Origin: Candidatus Adlerbacteria bacterium
GTDB taxonomy: Bacteria; Patescibacteriota; Minisyncoccia; Phycocordibacterales; SBAW01
NCBI GenBank assembly: GCA_037135035.1
Contig: JBAXLB010000002.1
Coordinates: forward strand, 71,680-135,679
DNA: 64,000 bases
Reading direction: 5' to 3'
Shown here in pieces: positions 15,303 to 23,757 of the stretch (its first letter is position 1; each line of letters starts with the position of its first letter). The translations under genes were made by a program, and so were the position numbers. The notes beneath the pieces are model-generated. The model was given only the letters and a program-made list of their open reading frames with translations. It was not told the origin of the DNA and searched no databases.

Positions 15303-18092
15303 ATGCAAACAGGACGGTCAATTGAGGTGGGAAAGGCGACTGATGCTGCACGTACAGAGCTGGAGAGTCTGCGCCAGCGTGCCAGCGAGCTTGAGGCAAA
15401 AATAAAAATTGAATCTGCCTCTCCGGCAGTTGAAATACAAAAACAGGCGGCTGTAGAAGCGGTTGGCGAGCAGTGGAAAAATACTGGGGCAACATCGCCA
15501 GCCGAAGCGCCGCGTGTGGCAGAACACCCGGAAGCTATTACGTTGCAACTTGAGCCCGAGCAGCACGACGAGCGCATGGGTGAGCTCATTCATATTTTGC
15601 AGGAACATGGCGTAACACGTGCTATTCAAGCAACAGAGAAAACGGGCAACCCACATTTGGTCGACGACTTTCACCGTATTTTGGTCGAATGGGTACGCGA
15701 AGGGCTGCCTGCCAAAGAAGTGTCGAGCAAAAAATATAAAGTCGCGCTTTCGATGGCGTTGTACGAAGTGACACTGCCGGGCCCGAATGCCGACAGTGAC
15801 AAACCAACTGACCCTGCAAAAACCATGCGCGACTTTATCTCCTTGATGGAGCAGTTTTACCGCGGCATGTTACAAATGGACACCAAACAGGGTGAATATT
15901 TTTCGTTCGAAATTGCAAACCCGGCAGGCGAGACGCATACCACCATGTATATTGCTGTGCCAAAAGCACGCAAAGCTATGTTTGAAAAACAGTTGCTGGG
16001 GCTGTACCCAACAGCCCGTCTTGTTGAACGGCATGACGACTACAACGCATTTGTCGACGGTGCAGAAACTGCAGCAGCAACAGCGCGCCTGCATGAGCGG
16101 GGCATATATTCGCTGCGGACGTCGGAGTCGTTTACCAACGACCCGCTCGACCTGTTGTTGAACGCGTTTTCGATGCTCGATAAAACAGGCGAAGGTGCTG
16201 CGGTGCAATTTGTCGTTTCCCCACGCGACCGGGGGTTAAACAAAGACTATCGCTGGGCACTCGAAAAAATACATCGGGGTGTGCCACTTGAACATGCAAC
16301 ACGGATATATAAAGGAGTGCCGAGGTTTTTCTACGATGTGTGGACCTTTTTTGTAGAACCAAAAAAATTGGACCAAGACGAGAGACTTAAACCCGACGAC
16401 GCGCGCCTAAAAAATATTGAACAAAAAATAGCAAGCCCAATTTTTTTGGCGGACATACGTCTTGTCGCGTCGGCCGCAACTAAAGAGCGTGCACAGGCAG
16501 TACTGCAAGACATTGAAGCACCGTTTCAGCAGTTTGCTGACACGGCAGGGAACAGTTTGGTATTTGATGCAGTGTCAGCGGGGAACATAAAAAACTTTGC
16601 GCGTGCATTTTCCTACCGCCTGCTCGACGAAGCAAAGGCATTGCCGCTTTCAGCTATGGAGTTGGCGACGCTTGCACACATGCCGGGGGCGTTGAGCAAA
16701 CTTGCAGCGCCCGACTTACGGCAAGAAAAAGCTGGCATTTCGGCCCCGCCAGCTAACTTGCCAAATGCGGGTGCAATGCTCGGTGTTAACAAATTCCGCG
16801 GGGCCACAAAAGAGGTGCGCATTGCGCCCGAAGACCGTTTGCGCCACCTGTACGTTATTGGCCAGACCGGTACAGGTAAGTCGGTATTGCTTAAAAATGT
16901 CATCATGCAAGACATAAAGTCGGGTGCTGGTGTCTGCATGATAGACCCGCACGGCTCCGACGTGTTGGATGTGCTTTCGGCTATACCACCTGAACGTATG
17001 GACGATGTTATTTATTTCGACCCAGGTTCTATGGAACGGCCAATAGGTCTGAATATGCTCGAGTTTGACCCCGCAAAGCCAGAACAAAAAACTCTTGTTG
17101 TGGACGAATTATTTGGCATATTTAAAAAACTCTTCGGCGCAGTGCCTGAAAGTATGGGGCCTGCATTCGAGCAATATTTTCGCAACTCTGCGTTGCTCGT
17201 GATGGAAGCACCAGAACTCGGCAGCACATTGCTCGACATTTCGCGTATTTTTGCCGACCCCGAGTTCCGTGCCCGCAAACTTGCTGCCTGCAAAAACCCT
17301 ATTGTGAAGCAGTTTTGGGAAGACATTGCTGCCAAGACAACCGGCGAGCAGGGCCTGGAAAACTACGGCCCCTATGTGACCAACAAGTTTGATATTTTTA
17401 CGACCAACGAGATTATGCGCCCTATCATTGCGCAGCAAAAGTCGGCGTTCAACTTTCGCGATATTATGGACAGCAAAAAGATTTTGCTGGTTAACCTTGC
17501 AAAAGGCCGCATTGGTGACATTAACGCAAACCTGCTCGGCTTGATAATCGTCGGTAAATTCTTAATAGCTGCACTTTCGCGTGCCGACTCTGTAGGTAAA
17601 GACTTGCCGCCCTACTATCTGCACATTGACGAGTTCCAAAACTTTACGACACCCTCAATTGCGACGATATTTTCGGAAGCGCGCAAATATAAACTCTCGC
17701 TCACAGTGGCGCACCAATTTATTGCCCAACTTTCGGAAGAAATTCGCGATGCGGTCTTTGGCAACGTTGGCTCTATATGCTCGTTCCGTGTAGGTGCTGC
17801 TGACGCAGAGTTTTTGGAAAAACAATTTGCCCCAACGTTTAAACAGAGCGACCTTATGAATGTCGACAACTGGAACGCATACGTGCGTTTGCTTGTTAAC
17901 GGCCGCCCCGCAACACCGTTTAACATCGAGACAGTACCTTTTGAAGGTAAGGGTATGGCTAACGCAGACAAAATGCGGGAACTTTCGGGCCTTAAATACG
18001 GCCGCCCACGTGCAGAAATTGAAGCCGAAATTGCCAAAAGTTTTAAAGGTTCCTCACAGGAGCCGGCAACGCTGGTAGGGAATGGACTCTAG
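15303..18092 (+). CDS. Large VirD4/TraG/TrwB-like (HerA-FtsK superfamily) ATPase
   Basis: RLRHLYVIGQTGTGKS (Walker A), IDPHG, LHIDEFQNF (Walker B), EARKYKLSLTVAHQ. N-terminal coiled coil. Confidence 0.88.
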   Translation: MQTGRSIEVGKATDAARTELESLRQRASELEAKIKIESASPAVEIQKQAAVEAVGEQWKNTGATSPAEAPRVAEHPEAITLQLEPEQHDERMGELIHILQEHGVTRAIQATEKTGNPHLVDDFHRILVEWVREGLPAKEVSSKKYKVALSMALYEVTLPGPNADSDKPTDPAKTMRDFISLMEQFYRGMLQMDTKQGEYFSFEIANPAGETHTTMYIAVPKARKAMFEKQLLGLYPTARLVERHDDYNAFVDGAETAAATARLHERGIYSLRTSESFTNDPLDLLLNAFSMLDKTGEGAAVQFVVSPRDRGLNKDYRWALEKIHRGVPLEHATRIYKGVPRFFYDVWTFFVEPKKLDQDERLKPDDARLKNIEQKIASPIFLADIRLVASAATKERAQAVLQDIEAPFQQFADTAGNSLVFDAVSAGNIKNFARAFSYRLLDEAKALPLSAMELATLAHMPGALSKLAAPDLRQEKAGISAPPANLPNAGAMLGVNKFRGATKEVRIAPEDRLRHLYVIGQTGTGKSVLLKNVIMQDIKSGAGVCMIDPHGSDVLDVLSAIPPERMDDVIYFDPGSMERPIGLNMLEFDPAKPEQKTLVVDELFGIFKKLFGAVPESMGPAFEQYFRNSALLVMEAPELGSTLLDISRIFADPEFRARKLAACKNPIVKQFWEDIAAKTTGEQGLENYGPYVTNKFDIFTTNEIMRPIIAQQKSAFNFRDIMDSKKILLVNLAKGRIGDINANLLGLIIVGKFLIAALSRADSVGKDLPPYYLHIDEFQNFTTPSIATIFSEARKYKLSLTVAHQFIAQLSEEIRDAVFGNVGSICSFRVGAADAEFLEKQFAPTFKQSDLMNVDNWNAYVRLLVNGRPATPFNIETVPFEGKGMANADKMRELSGLKYGRPRAEIEAEIAKSFKGSSQEPATLVGNGL

Positions 18093-18124
18093 GAAATTCC
18101 TCGGAATTTTAGTACTCTGTAGAT

Positions 18125-18238
18125 ATGGAAGGACTTAATAAACACATAGAAACACCAGAGCAGCAAGAAAAGCGCAAACATATGGAAGCGATTGCTAAAG
18201 TTGGTGGTGCCATTCGTCTGTTAGAAACGCAAGACTAA
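18125..18238 (+). CDS. 37-aa small ORF
   Basis: MEGLNKHIETPEQQEKRKHMEAIAKVGGAIRLLETQD. TACTCT -10-like box just upstream. Confidence 0.4.
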   Translation: MEGLNKHIETPEQQEKRKHMEAIAKVGGAIRLLETQD

Positions 18239-18242
18239 TTAT

Positions 18243-18422
18243 ATGACTGTTGAAACTGTAGCCAACATTTTGAGCGAGAGCGCTTTTTCGCCGGATATTT
18301 ATGCGCGTATGGAAACTATTTTGAAGGCCGCAAAAGAGCGGGGGAGCATTACTGCTGAAGAAAAAGCACGACTTCTTGAGTTAGTTGATGAGGAGGAAAA
18401 AAAGACACGTGCACAGATCTAG
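18243..18422 (+). CDS. 59-aa helical small protein
   Basis: MTVETVANILSESAFSPDIYARMETILKAAKERGSITAEEKARLLELVDEEEKKTRAQI. Fills the gap to the convergent ORF. Confidence 0.55.
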   Translation: MTVETVANILSESAFSPDIYARMETILKAAKERGSITAEEKARLLELVDEEEKKTRAQI

Positions 18423-18429
18423 TTATTTC

Positions 18430-18735
18430 TTACTTCGACTTGCGTTGATAGTCTTTAAACGCTTCTTCAATTATCTTGTCCATCTTTGTACCGTGCTGAA
18501 GATGTTTTACTACGGTCTGTCCGTAGACTTCTGCAAATAAAGAATCTTGTTGTGCCAGTACCCGCGCAGCTTCTACGAGGTCAGCAAACAATGGGCCGCG
18601 CACTTTTTCTTCGGTAATTTCTTGCGCGTCTTTGTCTCGTATTGCTCCAAGTGCTTTTTGTAATGTTACTATCTCGGTCGGAGTTTCTGGTGAGGTAGGT
18701 GCGGTTGGCAGGGGTTCTTTTTCTTGTGAGGGCAT
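18430..18735 (-). CDS. Hypothetical protein
   Basis: 101-aa ORF with plausible composition. Confidence 0.6.
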   Translation of the reverse strand: MPSQEKEPLPTAPTSPETPTEIVTLQKALGAIRDKDAQEITEEKVRGPLFADLVEAARVLAQQDSLFAEVYGQTVVKHLQHGTKMDKIIEEAFKDYQRKSK

Positions 18736-18811
18736 AAAGTATGGCTATATTTCTAATACAAACATACTAACACCTTTACTAAATAAGATATTTACCTTAG
18801 TGTGTGAGAAT

Positions 18812-18883
18812 GCTCCCGTCGTTCAATGGATAGGACGTATCCTTGCGGAGGATATGATGTAGGTTCGATTCCTACCGGGAGCA
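18812..18883 (+). tRNA. tRNA-Arg(GCG)
   Basis: GCTCCCG/CGGGAGC acceptor; anticodon arm TATCC-TTGCGGA-GGATA; T-loop TTCGATT. Confidence 0.92.
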
Positions 18884-19085
18884 CCTGGTAGAAAGGGCGT
18901 CAGAAAACCCTTTCGTGTTAAGGCAATTTCGTTCGAGGTTTTTTGTCACCTTTGAGAGTGCAGATTTTAGCTTGAAAAATAAGGATTGAAAGTTCGAATG
19001 TTCTGGCTGCTTGCTGTGGACAACGTGTTGATACCAAGCCTTGCTGCGGTTCATTGCGCGTTTAGTTTCCTATGATAGAGTCAAC

Positions 19086-19175
19086 GTGTGCCTGTGGGCG
19101 CAAGCCCCGTTCAGCTAAGGATTTCCTAAGCTGAAGGCAGGCACGACAAAGGTACCGCCTCCGGGCGGTATTTTT
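19086..19175 (+). ncRNA. Candidate ~90-nt three-way-junction small RNA with own terminator
   Basis: P1 GTGCCTGT/GCAGGCAC, P2 GGGC-GCAA-GCCC, P3 TTCAGCT..AGCTGAA, then terminator GTACCGCC-TCCG-GGCGGTAT-TTTT. -10-like TATGAT/TAGAGT at 19071-19081. Confidence 0.6.
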
Positions 19176-19179
19176 GTGT

Positions 19180-19647
19180 CTATTCATCCTCGATGCCTTC
19201 TGCGTACATGCGCTGCATCCCATTCTTGATTTTCGAGTAGGGCATCACGCTCCAGAAGGTGATGTTGCCATTACCAATACGTCGTAGGACGGCGCGCACT
19301 TTGATACGCTTTTCACCTGCAATTGCCACCAAACCCCAATATTCGACTTCCTTCATTGGCATAGAGCCTGTGGCCGATCGTTTGCCAACAGGACTGAGAA
19401 GCTTTCTGTATTCTTGAACAGTGCCGGACTTCCGAACAATTTCAAGGGCCAGCGGCAGCAAACGGAACTTGAACAATTGCTCGCGCTTGTTTCGCTCGCG
19501 ACGTGCTGAGAACTGCAAGTGATGAAATCCGTCGGAATTGAGAACGATCTTCGTTCCAAAGTAAGGACACCATAAATCCTTCTGTACTGTGTAAATGCTA
19601 TGTGCCTTATCTTTTGCTCGGTCGAATACCTCAGGATCGACATCCAT
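19180..19647 (-). CDS. Putative BECR-fold (barnase/EndoU/colicin/RelE-like) ribonuclease
   Basis: IVLNSDGFHHL early motif; C-terminal beta-meander YWGLVA..IKVRAVLRR..GNITFWSVMP. Fold assignment by pattern only. Confidence 0.55.
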   Translation of the reverse strand: MDVDPEVFDRAKDKAHSIYTVQKDLWCPYFGTKIVLNSDGFHHLQFSARRERNKREQLFKFRLLPLALEIVRKSGTVQEYRKLLSPVGKRSATGSMPMKEVEYWGLVAIAGEKRIKVRAVLRRIGNGNITFWSVMPYSKIKNGMQRMYAEGIEDE

Positions 19648-19656
19648 ATGTCGCTA

Positions 19657-19896
19657 TCATACCGTATTCAGTGAAGTTCTTGTGCCCTTCGTTTTTCTCT
19701 CTTCCAACTCCCGATACAACGCGAACATCGCCTTCAAATATCGTCGGAGGTTCTCGGTAGCCTCCTTCAGCTCCTCCTGTGTCGCGTTCTTCATGGCGCG
19801 ATGAACGACGGACGGAATGTACGGAGTACCGTTCAAGAGAACGACATCGTCATCTCGTCGCGACCATTCCTGTGTGTTGGTCATATATGGCCACAC
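19657..19896 (-). CDS. Small helical protein (MKNATQEELKEATENLRRYL...)
   Basis: Amphipathic helix resembling small ORFs of recombinase-bearing integrative elements. Start uncertain. Confidence 0.5.
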   Translation of the reverse strand: MWPYMTNTQEWSRRDDDVVLLNGTPYIPSVVHRAMKNATQEELKEATENLRRYLKAMFALYRELEERKTKGTRTSLNTV

Positions 19897-20186
19897 TACC
19901 GAATGCTCGGAGTCTGTCGAGACTACGCCGCTTCTCTATAGTCTTCGCCTGGTTGGTTGAGCAAATGCTTCTGCCAGTTGGGCGACGGCTTTCGCTTGGG
20001 CGTCTCTGCTATGATGAATTGCGCCGACGGTTTCCAATCCTTGAGATGCTTTTTCAGAAGTTGAACGACCTGACGATAGTGGTCATTGGCTTCGTGCCTG
20101 GATGCACTCTCGGATGTACCAGAAGTTCGAGTTCCATCTCGCGGAGGAGCACAAACGTAGAAAAATAGCGTGGTATTATTTTATTT

Positions 20187-21566
20187 GTGGACACTGACTC
20201 AGTCGTACCAGAACCTCGACAGGTTGTACCTTTGTATAAAAAAACTTGGCACACGTACGCAGGCAGCTTGTTGCTCGGGATTATATGCCTTGCGGGAATA
20301 GGTGCATATTATTACTTCACTCATAAGGCCTATACACAGGAGCAAGCGCTCGCACTCATTCGGAAAAATATTCTCCCTTCAATAGTTCGCATAGACTGCT
20401 CTAGCAAAGATGGCGGACCAATAACACGCATAGGGAGTGGCCTCTACTACCTTTCGAATGGAACTCCTATGGTTGCAACAAACGCACACGTCATACTTGG
20501 AGACGATGGTCAGTATCATGGTTGCAATGTCTACTTTCCAAGGCCGAGTGATGGAACGTTTTATGACTCTTCCTATATTGCGGGAACACCAGCGCTCTAC
20601 CATGAAACAGAAGCCTACATGGGTGGAGAGAAGATCGATGGGTTGGATTTTGCGCAACTTCCACTGACCGCAGCAAACAACGACGCACAAGGTGTCCCCT
20701 ATCCTTTTCCGCCCATACAACACGACGCCTCTGCAGAAATTGCAAAACTCTGCCGACCAAAGGCAAAAAATATACATATAGGTGAGACTCTTTACTTGCT
20801 TGGGTACCCAGGTACCGGGGGAGATTCTCTCACACTCACGCAAGGAGTAGTGAGCGGCTTTAATGGAGACTTCAATCAGTGGATAAAAGTATCTGCAAAT
20901 ACCGCATTCGGCAATTCCGGGGGCCTCGCTATTGGCGCTACCGACCTCTGCGAATATGGCATCCCCGCACAGGTAACACTTGGGCAAGGCGCAAATTTAG
21001 GAATCGTATTGGGTTCTGCATTTATAACTTCTTTCCTCGAAAATCTGACCGGTGGCTACACCTATTCTTTACCCGCCACAACAACTGAGGCTGGGGCATA
21101 CCTTAGCGAAGCGGCATCCTTCCCTGATTTTTCTATGCACTACCCAGCTGAATGGACACTGTCCACCACTTCGCCCGAAGATACAGGAACATGGAGCACA
21201 GTCTTTGCTGCGCCAAATGAAAGCGCACTGGATGACTTTAATGAAACTACTACGGTGTATGTCAGCCCTCACTCATCTGAAAAAGATTTCTCGTCAACAA
21301 TCGCTCTAATAAAGCGAGCTGTCGCCTCAGTTGACCCGGAAGCAACTGGGCGATACGTAACACTTGCAGACCATGTACAGTCATATCAAATTTTGTTTTT
21401 TGATTCGACCCAACAGAGATACACCGTTCCTGTACTCCAATACGTAATCTTGTTTTTGCGAAACGGTACGGTGTATGAAATAGACTCCGCTGCCGAGCAA
21501 TTGCCCACTATGAAGCAGTATGTGCTCATGTTCGCCGGCATGGGAGATTCAATTCGCTTCAAATAG
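20187..21566 (+). CDS. Membrane-anchored trypsin-like serine protease with C-terminal PsbP-like domain
   Basis: N-terminal TM; ATNAHV (His), LDFA (Asp), GNSGG (Ser), LGYPG; FSMHYPAEW in the C-terminal domain. Confidence 0.85.
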   Translation: MDTDSVVPEPRQVVPLYKKTWHTYAGSLLLGIICLAGIGAYYYFTHKAYTQEQALALIRKNILPSIVRIDCSSKDGGPITRIGSGLYYLSNGTPMVATNAHVILGDDGQYHGCNVYFPRPSDGTFYDSSYIAGTPALYHETEAYMGGEKIDGLDFAQLPLTAANNDAQGVPYPFPPIQHDASAEIAKLCRPKAKNIHIGETLYLLGYPGTGGDSLTLTQGVVSGFNGDFNQWIKVSANTAFGNSGGLAIGATDLCEYGIPAQVTLGQGANLGIVLGSAFITSFLENLTGGYTYSLPATTTEAGAYLSEAASFPDFSMHYPAEWTLSTTSPEDTGTWSTVFAAPNESALDDFNETTTVYVSPHSSEKDFSSTIALIKRAVASVDPEATGRYVTLADHVQSYQILFFDSTQQRYTVPVLQYVILFLRNGTVYEIDSAAEQLPTMKQYVLMFAGMGDSIRFK

Positions 21567-21601
21567 TCGTCACAAATGATTTTATGCTATAACCATTGGA
21601 C

Positions 21602-21673
21602 GCTCCCGTAGTCTAATGGATAGAATACCTCCCTCCGAAGGAGGTGATGCAGGTTCGATTCCTGCCGGGAGCA
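21602..21673 (+). tRNA. tRNA-Arg(CCG)
   Basis: GCTCCCG acceptor; anticodon arm CCTCC-CTCCGAA-GGAGG. Confidence 0.93.
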
Positions 21674-21697
21674 CAAAATATGCGGGGCAGATTTTGT

Positions 21698-21763
21698 GAG
21701 CCGCAAACGCGACGGCGTTGAGGCGGGGTCGCGGAATTTTTCAGCAGAAAAATATCTGTGACC
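21698..21763 (+). repeat. Structured repeat copy B (downstream of tRNA-Arg CCG)
   Basis: GA-GCC-GCA-AACGC GACG GCGTT-GA-GGC-GGGGTCGCGGAATTTTTC AGCA GAAAAATATCTGTGACC. Confidence 0.85.
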
Positions 21764-21767
21764 AGGT

Positions 21768-22241
21768 TTATAGCCCTAATATTTCTGCTATGTGCTCGCC
21801 AAAGTGGGGCCACTGCTCTTCTTCGCGTGCAAAACGTTTGCAATACACACGGACTTGTTCGGCATGTGCGAGATTGTCGAGTGGTACGGTAATGCGTGGC
21901 GCCAAAATAGACTTTGTTGTCAGGTAAATGCACGGACCGCCGCGTTCTGTATTTGTGTTGACCCAAAAGGAGTCAACCGTTTTCCACAAATACAATGTGC
22001 CGTCGAGTGCGATACCGCGTGAGTCGACACGGACCTGGTGCTCGCGGGGCCCACGAATTTTGAGCGTCATGATAGACCCCGCGCCGATAATTAAAATAAG
22101 TGCGAGCAAAATATTGCCGAAATAAATTGAAAGCCCAGCACCAAGGAGTGTCAGCAACCCAAGCGCCCAGTACCAGTCGGCGGTATGGACTTTATGTTCG
22201 TGAGTAAGTACGTGCCACGTAATATTGTGCTCGTCGGGCAT
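21768..22241 (-). CDS. Two-TM membrane protein with PH-like C-terminal region
   Basis: W..HEHKVHTADWYW, two TMs, GIALDGTLYLWKTVDSFW. Confidence 0.75.
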   Translation of the reverse strand: MPDEHNITWHVLTHEHKVHTADWYWALGLLTLLGAGLSIYFGNILLALILIIGAGSIMTLKIRGPREHQVRVDSRGIALDGTLYLWKTVDSFWVNTNTERGGPCIYLTTKSILAPRITVPLDNLAHAEQVRVYCKRFAREEEQWPHFGEHIAEILGL

Positions 22242-22335
22242 GTCACAAGTATACACCCGTCAAATTCTGTAGAGATGATTAATTTTAAATACATTTACTA
22301 TGTAAGAGGTTAGTGAACCTGTCGTCTTCACATAT

Positions 22336-23013
22336 ATGCACTTGCTTGTTGTTGAAGATGAGGAAAAGTTGGCCGGGGCGCTAAAAAAAGGTCTAGAAAT
22401 GCGCGGCTATGCTGTCGACTGGCTCGCAGACCCCGAAAAAGCGCGCTCGCGCATATTGCTCTACCGCAATGAATATGACGTTGTTCTCCTAGACTTGGTG
22501 ATGCCAGGGCTCGATGGGGCAACTATCTTACAAGAAGTTCGCAAAGAGGGTGTCACAACACCAATAATTATTTTGACCGGACAAAATGATACAGAACACA
22601 AGGTCGACTTACTAAACAAAGGCGCGGACGACTACGTGGTTAAACCTTTTTCGTTTGAAGAGCTCGTGGCCCGCATCAACTCGGTACTACGGCGGCCCAA
22701 AGTGTCACAGCAGGTGGTACTTACTGCGGGGAGTATTGAAATGGACAATGCAACACGCACGGTCCGTGTGGAAGGAAAAGAAGTTAACGTAACTCTTAAA
22801 GAATTTTCACTGCTCGAATGTTTTATGCGTGAACCAAACATCGTGCTCACGCGAGAAAAATTATTTGACCATGTATGGGACTTTAACTTGCTGTCTTGGA
22901 GTAACGTGCTCGACGTACATATGAAAAACCTCCGTAAAAAATTGACCTCCAAACATGGCAACACCTATTTTGAAACAGTGCGCGGGGTAGGGTACAAATT
23001 GGTAGCTGGGTAA
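22336..23013 (+). CDS. OmpR/PhoB family response regulator
   Basis: LVVEDE, LLDLVMPGLDG, GADDYVVKPF, winged-helix ETVRGVGY. Confidence 0.95.
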   Translation: MHLLVVEDEEKLAGALKKGLEMRGYAVDWLADPEKARSRILLYRNEYDVVLLDLVMPGLDGATILQEVRKEGVTTPIIILTGQNDTEHKVDLLNKGADDYVVKPFSFEELVARINSVLRRPKVSQQVVLTAGSIEMDNATRTVRVEGKEVNVTLKEFSLLECFMREPNIVLTREKLFDHVWDFNLLSWSNVLDVHMKNLRKKLTSKHGNTYFETVRGVGYKLVAG

Positions 23014-23045
23014 AAAGGCGTGACGGTGTGGGGTAGAATAGGGGA

Positions 23046-23753
23046 ATGAATATTCTCTATCTCGGTACCGCGTTTGTTGCCGGGCTGGTTAGTTTTCTCT
23101 CACCGTGTGTATTACCGATTATCCCTGGCTTTTTAGCCTATTTGGCAGGCTCAAGTGATGCCCAGTCTTTGACCAAGCGTCGCGATATTTTTATAAACGC
23201 AGTATTTTTTGTATTAGGTTTTTCCACTATTTTTGCATTGCTCGGTATTTTGTTGCAGACCGTACTTGTAGAGGTGGCTCCTGGCGTGCAAATGTGGCTT
23301 TCGCGCGCAGGCGGCGCGGTGATTATTTTTTTCGGGCTCTATCTAGTAGGGCTTATTAAAATTGGGTACCTTGAAAGTAATCACACGTTTGCGGTTAAGA
23401 AAAAATTTAGCTCACGTTTTTTAACGTCGTTTGTATTCGGCATGGCATTTGCGGTGGGTTGGACGCCGTGCGCGGGCGCTGTTTTAGGGAGTATTTTAGG
23501 ACTTGCGGCGTCTGCGCCTCTGTCGGCCTTCTTTTTGTTGTTTGCATATGCGCTTGGTTTAGGGGCACCATTTTTACTAGTGGGGGCGTTTACTGCCGGA
23601 GCAACAGCAGCTATCGCACGGGTAGGTGGCGCGTTTGTGTGGGTTAATCGTGTGTTTGGGGTACTACTCGTGCTCCTTGGTATACTCGTGTTTACGAACG
23701 ACCTTTCACTATTGGGTAACTTAGATGTTATTAATAACTTCTTTTTGAAATAA
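23046..23753 (+). CDS. ccdA: CcdA/DsbD transmembrane disulfide relay
   Basis: FLSPCVLP and GWTPCAG motifs, six TMs. Confidence 0.9.
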   Translation: MNILYLGTAFVAGLVSFLSPCVLPIIPGFLAYLAGSSDAQSLTKRRDIFINAVFFVLGFSTIFALLGILLQTVLVEVAPGVQMWLSRAGGAVIIFFGLYLVGLIKIGYLESNHTFAVKKKFSSRFLTSFVFGMAFAVGWTPCAGAVLGSILGLAASAPLSAFFLLFAYALGLGAPFLLVGAFTAGATAAIARVGGAFVWVNRVFGVLLVLLGILVFTNDLSLLGNLDVINNFFLK

Positions 23754-23757
23754 CAGT

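Larger units (their letters stand above)
18884..20152. mobile_element. Degenerate tRNA-Arg-integrated mini-island (no intact integrase)
   Basis: Starts at the tRNA 3' end and ends at a degenerate copy of it (GTTCGAGTTCC..GGAGCAC, 20125-20152). Non-housekeeping cargo. Confidence 0.55.

Noticed and set aside
19086-19175. Hammerhead ribozyme or tRNA
   Set aside because: It lacks the CUGANGA/GAAA core and has no T-loop or anticodon arm.
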